Positions 54,257 to 64,000 of a DNA stretch of 64,000 nt are shown in pieces. Below the pieces are notes generated by a model. The model did not search any database. It was not told where the DNA came from and saw only the letters and a program-made list of their open reading frames with translations. The position numbers were made by a program, and so were the translations under genes. Origin of the DNA: the human T2T-CHM13v2.0 reference genome, Homo sapiens; NCBI RefSeq assembly GCF_009914755.1, contig NC_060940.1; one strand, written 5' to 3'. Numbering within the stretch: the stretch's first letter is position 1; each line of letters begins with the position of its first letter.

Positions 54257-55358
54257 TGAGTACTCTATTCTTGGCTTACTGAGAAGGAACCCCAGTGAGG
54301 GGTGTCTTACTGTTCCAGGAGCTGGTTGATTCTCATCTAGATGGTATAGGGGAGGGTGTAGGTAGTGTATCCAGATCACCTGTGGAGCTTTTTCCAAATG
54401 TACATGCCGATTGCTTATCCCACATTGAGTCCTTTATCCTTTCCTTCTCTTTTCCACCAAACTTCCTCTTCTGTGTCTTACTTATCTCAGTAAGGGGCAC
54501 ATTCATTATCCAGTGGCTCAAGGCATACAAAGTAACAGTTTTCCTTTATTCTGATCTTGTCATCATACCCCACTGTTAATTCATTAGCAAGTTTTCTTAG
54601 CTTTACTTTGACATATCCTGACTGCAACAATGTCTCATCTTCTTGCACTGTTAGCATCCTGGTGTAAGCCAGTGTCATCTTGAACCAGGCATACATGCGT
54701 AGCTTTTTAACAGGTGCGCCTGCATCTCCTTGTGCCCTTCCACAGTCTGTTTTCTATACAGAAGCTAGATTGATCTTTTAAAAACCTAATCAGATCATGA
54801 CATTTCCTTTCCTCAAAAGCATGTGGTCACTTACATTCAGAAAAAAAAGTCTGATATTACCAGGGCTCCAGGACACTCTACAGTCTGGTTCCTGCTCATC
54901 TGTCTGCCCTCATTTGCTACTGAAGCCCTTGCTCAGTCCTCACCAGCCACTTAGCTAGTCTCCTTGCTGTTAATTGAATTTGTCAAGTTCATTTTTACCC
55001 TCTTGTTTCATTTTATTTGGCACACTGGGCTTCCTGAATACTTCATTTTCAAATTGAGTACATCTAAGTTTTGCTCAACTCAGAAAAATGTATATCATGC
55101 AAGGGGAAAAAACGCTATATATATATATCTTTTTATTAACTTTCCTCTTGAAAACTGAGGATAATCATCTGGGGAACCGGTTCTAGGGGCTGGTAGACAC
55201 TTGGTTCTAATTTACAAAGAACCAAGTGGTTACCATACACACTCTTAAAAAGGTGTCCTATCTTTCCAGAAAGAATCAGGATTTTCTGTATTTTAGAAAT
55301 GAGCTAAGGATGATCATAGAAACAAGAGAAATATCCTCTGGCTCTTTTCCACCCACAG

Positions 55359-55450
55359 CTGTGCCTGCTCAACAGATTTTAGTCTTTCCTGAGCAGACAA
55401 ACACCAAAGACTGGACAGTGGCACCTGAGCTCCTCTTGCCTCAGTCCCAG
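55359..55450 (+). pseudogene. Duplicated ZNF75A linker pseudo-exon (donor GT mutated to TT)
   Basis: AVPAQQILVFPEQTNTKDWTVAPELLLPQSQ; acceptor cccacag intact; donor position reads CAG|ttgagc. Confidence 0.88.
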
Positions 55451-55797
55451 TTGAGCTGTGCTTTCCAGCAGTGTAGGGCTACCTGAGCATGACCTTATCT
55501 GCCTTTCCCTGCTGCCCAAGACCCACACTGCCCAGCATGTGCCCTGAGGCATGTTAGCCCCAGAGGTTCTACCCTGGACAATTAGGCTTGGCCCAGAGGG
55601 AACTGGGTACCTCCTAGGCTGTTTGCTGATCCCTTGGCTCCTTTTCTTCTGCCTTCGCCCCCGTGGGCCCCCGCCTTTTTTTTTCTTAAATCGTATTCTG
55701 TTAATTTCTTTAGCACCTGGCCTACCATGCAGTTCATACGCAGTTAGGCTGCTTCTGCAGTGGCAAGTTCAGAGCTGAAGTCCATTCTCTTCTTTAG

Positions 55798-55924
55798 AGC
55801 TTGTTGACATTTGAAGAAGTGGCCATATATTTTTCTCAGGAAGAATTGGAGTTACTGGATTACACTCAGAAGGCCCTCTACAATGATGTAATGCAGGAAA
55901 ACTGTAAGACTGTCATTTGTCTAG
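55798..55924 (+). other. Duplicated KRAB-A exon with open frame and intact splice sites
   Basis: 127 nt, [42 protein letters not shown]; ctttag| and |gtaaag; 10 nt differences from 54101-54227. Confidence 0.9.
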
Positions 55925-56043
55925 GTAAAGATTCTCCCTTCTTTTTGTGTAGAAGTTGAGCAATCTGTTCTCAGTTTACTGAGAATGAACCTCTGTGAGA
56001 GGGTCTCAGTGTTCCAGGAGCTGGTTGATTCTCAACTAGATAG

Positions 56044-56546
<503 letters not shown>

Positions 56547-56559
56547 AGTACTGTCATCT

Positions 56560-57355
56560 TTTACCCTGATCTTGCCATCATACCCCACTGTTAATTCATT
56601 AGCAAGTTTTCTTAGCTCTACTTTGACATATCCTGACTGCAACCATGTTTCAGCCCCTTGCACTGCCAGCATCCTGATCTAAGCCAGTGTCATCTTGAAG
56701 CAGATCAATGTCAGTAGCTTTCTAACAGGTCCCCCTGCCTTCGCTCTTGTCCTCCCACAGTCTGTTTTCTACACAGAACCCCAACTGATTTTTTGAAAAC
56801 CTGATCAGATCGTTGCATTTCCTTGTTTCAGAAGCCTGTGGTTACTTCCTAACCATATTTGGAGAAAAATCTAAACTTCTTACCAAGGCCTCAGGACCCT
56901 CCATGGTCTGGCTCCTATGGAGTTCTTTGCACATGTGTCCTGCTACTGGTGCGCTTGTGCACTCAGTCCTTAGCCACACTGGTTGTCTTTCTGTTACTTG
57001 AACTCGCCAGGCTCATTTCTACTTTTCCTTTGCCTTGCATACTTTTCTGCCATGTGACAAAACTCACTTTTAGGTTTCTGCTCAAGTATTACTTTCTCAA
57101 AGAGGTGTCCCACAAGACCTTATCTAAAATAGCTTTACAGGAGCAGAATCTTAAATACTCTTTACCGTGATTTAATTTTCTTTAAAACATTTATCACTCC
57201 CTGACATTATTTTGTTTATTGATTGATTGTGCCATCCCTCTACTGTAATGTAAAGTCCGTGAAATCAGGGGTCTTCTTCACTACTATATCCCTAGCCCTC
57301 GAGCAGTGCCTAACACACCATAGCCACTCAATACATGTTTGTTGAATGAATGAGT
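56560..57355 (+). mobile_element. L2 fragment (partly duplicated at ~54540-55000)
   Basis: L2 3' end gcagtgcc...cactcaatacatgtttgttgaatgaatga. Confidence 0.65.
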
Positions 57356-57963
57356 GAGAGAGTTTCATACCTTGTAATCCGTAATTAGAGAAACTTCACC
57401 AAGTGATTTTGGTCTATTTCTTCTACCTGCATATGAACCAGTAATCTATAGGAATGGTAGAAATCTATCCTAGTTGAGGGCCAGTGGCTAAGGAATAAAG
57501 GCTAAATAAAAAGTAGCTGTAATTATAATAGTAATCACTTGTGCTTATGATACTCAAGTCAGCGTCCTTCACATTGGCTTTGCCATACCTGGTCTTATCC
57601 AGGCTGAGTCCTTCTGAAGAGTTAATAAGACCAGCTTATATTCCCTGCAACTTCTGGAGCTTGGTTCCCCCTTGGTTGGATATAGGGTATTGATGGCAAA
57701 AGAGAGAGAACATGTACTGGATTCCCATTCCCTATATCCTTTTCATTGATCCACCGTAGATTTATTTCTTAGTCTCTGCTTTGCATAGCTACCTATAAGT
57801 ATAACATAGTATAAACGTGATACTTAATCTTGGAGTCTATCCATTTAACCATTTGGAGTAACAAATTGTAAAATGTCTTTGGTCATCCTGAAACAGTCTG
57901 GGATTAGTGGACCAGTTCACTGTTAAGTTACCAGTCCTTGACCTCATTTTGTCCATTTGACAG

Positions 57964-58074
57964 CATTGTTTGTGCTCCCCAAACCTAAAGTGATCTCCTG
58001 TCTAGAGCAAGGGGAAGAGCCATGGGTTCAAGTATCCCCGGAGTTTAAGGATAGTGCCGGAAAATCTCCTACAG
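57964..58074 (+). CDS. ZNF75A: ZNF75A KRAB-B exon
   Basis: 111 nt, ALFVLPKPKVISCLEQGEEPWVQV...; tgacag| and ACAG|gtaaat. Confidence 0.94.
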
Positions 58075-58241
58075 GTAAATATACCATGGGAAGTGGAGAA
58101 ATGTGCCTTGATGTGAACTTTTGCAAGGGCTTAACATTTTAAGATTTTGTTCCTTTTTTTTTTAATCATTGAATTTTTCTTTTTATTCCTGTGATTTGCT
58201 TGTTCTGGGATACAGATGTGTGATTATGTTTATTCCAACAG

Positions 58242-58921
58242 GGTTAAAGCTCAAAAACGACACTGAAAATCATCAGCCTGTGTCTCTTTCTGACTTAGAA
58301 ATACAAGCATCAGCAGGCGTCATATCAAAAAAGGCCAAAGTAAAAGTTCCCCAGAAAACAGCAGGCAAAGAAAATCATTTTGATATGCACAGAGTGGGAA
58401 AATGGCACCAAGATTTTCCAGTGAAGAAAAGAAAGAAACTTTCAACCTGGAAACAAGAGCTGCTCAAACTTATGGATCGTCACAAGAAAGATTGTGCAAG
58501 AGAGAAGCCTTTTAAATGTCAGGAATGTGGGAAAACCTTCAGAGTTAGCTCTGACCTTATTAAGCACCAAAGAATTCACACTGAAGAGAAACCCTATAAA
58601 TGTCAACAGTGTGATAAGAGGTTTAGATGGAGTTCAGATCTTAATAAGCACTTAACAACACACCAAGGAATAAAACCATATAAATGTTCATGGTGTGGGA
58701 AAAGCTTCAGTCAAAATACAAATTTACATACACACCAAAGAACTCATACAGGAGAAAAGCCCTTCACATGTCATGAATGTGGAAAAAAATTCAGTCAGAA
58801 CTCCCACCTTATTAAACACCGGAGAACCCACACAGGTGAGCAGCCATATACTTGTAGCATATGCAGGAGAAACTTCAGCAGGCGGTCAAGCCTTCTTAGA
58901 CACCAGAAACTCCACCTGTGA
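58242..58921 (+). CDS. ZNF75A: ZNF75A last coding exon, 5 C2H2 zinc fingers
   Basis: Acceptor ccaacag|; five C2H2 fingers; TGA at 58919-58921. Exon sum 408+196+92+127+111+680=1614 nt = 537 aa. Confidence 0.96.
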
Positions 58922-59604
58922 AGAGAAGCTTGTCCAGTGTCCTCATTCTGAAGACATTCACCAAATGGAGCTTGGCACTAAAATTTATGTAAAAGAAAAA
59001 TCACAAACCTTGAAAAATTTTACATCAGAAAATGGGATAAACATACATTTCACAGAAAATAATCAAGACTTGCTCTGCAGCCACTCAGTAGTCTTCTGTG
59101 GTCACAGAAGTAAACATTGTTGGCTTTGTATTGATCTCTCCAGTCATTTTTGAACACATCCAATAGAAACATTGGCAGCATGGTCTTCCAAAACAAAAAG
59201 CAGTAACATGCATGTTTAATTGCATACCATTCTCTTCACAGTAGCAGGCTTACCAATTTCCATAGTCTCATGAGGCCGAAATGAATTACAATGTAAAGTG
59301 TTCCAGGAACCAAATTGGATTTTCTTTCTTTTGTCATTGGACACGGTTTGCAAAGTTGGACATCACTTGAGTTCCTTCTTAAACTTTTCGGCAACTTCTC
59401 TTGGATCCTGTTATCACAGTTTTTTACTGTGATGAAATCTTGTTAACCACCACTAGGGAATCTCCAGATGAACTATTAATGCACTGTCTTATGCCTCTCA
59501 TTGGTGATGTTTGGAAAATAGAAGACATCTCTAATGGAATCATGGGGGAAACGGGTTGGAATTTGTAGCCATGGAATATATATTAGATGTAAAGAATTTT
59601 CTGC

Positions 59605-59610
59605 AATAAA
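59605..59610 (+). terminator. Probable ZNF75A polyadenylation signal AATAAA (second at 59882-59887)
   Basis: AATAAA hexamers downstream of the stop codon. Confidence 0.6.
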
Positions 59611-60147
59611 AGAAACTAGACTTGTTAATCCCTGCCTTGCAATGTCAGTAGGATAAAGCAGCTATAAAAATTAGTACTTGCCCAAGGCCTGAAAGAGAAT
59701 TAGTGGGAATTAAGATCAACTTCTCAGTTTTGTTTGTTTACTTTTTAATTGGCTTTTCTTTGTTGTTAAGAATGAGAGACTTAATTTCCATGGGAGTTGG
59801 AGTGTGTGTGCTGCAGGCAGGATCCTGTGGCTCATTTGGCATGGAGACCTGGACATGTAGTCAGCAGGAGACGGTTCCCTAAATAAAAGATTTGGGCACT
59901 GGTGCTAAGTGTTGGGCGAGGATGAGCAAATCTACATCCATGTTGTTCTGTCCTGTCCTGTAAGCTCTACCTGTCTTTGTTCTTTCCAGCACAGCATTTA
60001 ACAGCAGCCTCAGGTGATAAATTTGATGGATTGCCAAAAGTCTGTATAGCCTATGGATTTTCTTACAACTTGCTTGTTTAGCTACAGCAGTGACTCAGGT
60101 GCATTCCTTTTAGAGCTCTTAGGTATATCAGGAAAGGGGTTAAATAA

Positions 60148-62820
<2,673 letters not shown>

Positions 62821-62999
62821 CTCAGATATCTTTTAACTGGAGGGGAAGAACAGGAGGGGCTTAGAATCAAAGTAAATCTCAAAACTAAAACTCCTAGGGT
62901 TTCTGTTAACTTTTGGAACTACTGAGAACAGTGTTTAATTTCCCAGGTAAGTTTGAGGAAGAACGCCCAGCAGCCTCTTTTATCCAAATGGACAATTGG

Positions 63000-63600
63000 T
63001 AACAAAAGATGGGAGTTCATAAAGGATTTTCCAAATATTTGTTGAGTCATGCCACTGAAGCATTTACTCCAGCATTTCCTGGTCACTCCTCCCTGTCATG
63101 TGTGATGAAGGCTGCCCTGTTACTCTTCTCTTGGAGGTTTTCTAGTGCATAAATAACTTGCTGAAGCTCTCCCCACATTCTCTGTGGACTGAATTCTCTC
63201 CTATGTAGACTCTCTGAAGTCCCCTCAAGTGGGAAACAAAGTTTTGCCCATACTTCACGTTTCTACTGTTTGTCCCAGTAGAAATCCACCCAAACAAAAA
63301 GCATACTTTTGTTTCTGAATCTTTTCTACACCTGTCACTTTTTCTTGTGTGGGTTCACTGGGGACCGAGATGAGGGCACTGTTTGAAACATCAACCAAAT
63401 TTGCTACATGCCTAGGTTTCCTTCATGTATTAATCCTCCACTGGGCAATGGTAGTTGGGCTGTACTGAAATGCCTTCTTCAGTCGAGCGTCTGTAAGGCT
63501 TTTCTCCTGTACGATTCACCCAAATCTGATAATGTGTGTACTTTGCCTAAAGCAGTTCGCCTAGTCTGAATCCCTCCTGTGAAAGGAATTAAGCAAGCTA
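63000..63600 (-). pseudogene. Highly decayed C2H2 zinc-finger array remnant
   Basis: The minus strand encodes TGEKPY (63493-63510), CFRQSTHII just upstream, ECGESFS (63160-63180) and GKSF (~63025), broken by stops and frameshifts. Confidence 0.65.
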
Positions 63601-63778
63601 CCTTTTGCATTGCATTTCAGATTTAAGAAAACTATCTGAATCACTTTTCATTTCTGCCACAGTTCAGATAATGAATCTTGAGTTGCACCAATCTTAGCGC
63701 TGACATTAAAAATCAAGCTTTACAGTGTTTGGATATGATGCACCTTTTAGGAGAAACTAAGAAAGCTTACTGTTGAAA

Positions 63779-64000
63779 TTTTTTTTTTTGACAAGTTAAC
63801 ATTTATTTTTGGGCCTTTCTTCCTATGTGTATTTCAAGTCTTTTTCAAAACAAGGACCCAGGAATCTCCAGATTCAATTATGTCCCTGGGCTTGGTCGAC
63901 TGCTCCCGGAGTCTTAGGAAGCCTTGTACAAATGCTAGAGTTACTCATTCACCAACATTAAACCCTAGGATAGAAGATTCAACAAAGCAGGACTACTTCC
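63779..64000 (-). pseudogene. 3' end of a retrocopy/processed transcript (parent not identified; runs off the window)
   Basis: Minus-strand poly(A) (T run 63779-63789) about 13 nt after AATAAA (tttatt 63802-63807); UTR-like unique sequence. Confidence 0.6.

Overview
Human (primate) genomic DNA. From the encoded proteins I recognise the chr16p13.3 zinc-finger cluster. Three intact genes could be reconstructed. ZNF263 is on the + strand with 6 coding exons totalling 2052 nt (683 aa; SCAN-KRAB-9xC2H2). TIGD7 is on the - strand as a single-exon CDS (549 aa), a domesticated pogo/Tigger transposase. ZNF75A is on the + strand with 6 coding exons totalling 1614 nt (537 aa; SCAN-KRAB-5xC2H2). TIGD7 and ZNF75A share a bidirectional CpG-island promoter. 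The window also holds four CpG islands, dense Alus, a 5'-truncated SVA, several solo LTRs, and old L1/L2/MIR/DNA-transposon relics. Two observations go beyond these genes. (1) A ~1.6-kb tandem duplication inside ZNF75A copied the 92-nt linker exon and the 127-nt KRAB-A exon. The second KRAB-A exon keeps an open frame and AG/GT ends, while the linker copy lost its donor (GT>TT). This makes it a candidate mutually exclusive or poison exon, and a fossil double-KRAB isoform. (2) Several decayed SCAN/KRAB/C2H2 gene remnants lie at ~8.0-10.4 kb (+), ~18-21 kb (-), ~36 kb (-) and ~63 kb (-). The first three sit downstream of surviving CpG-island promoters. These remnants were read by eye and need HMM or ortholog confirmation. 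Repeat boundaries and subfamily names are approximate.
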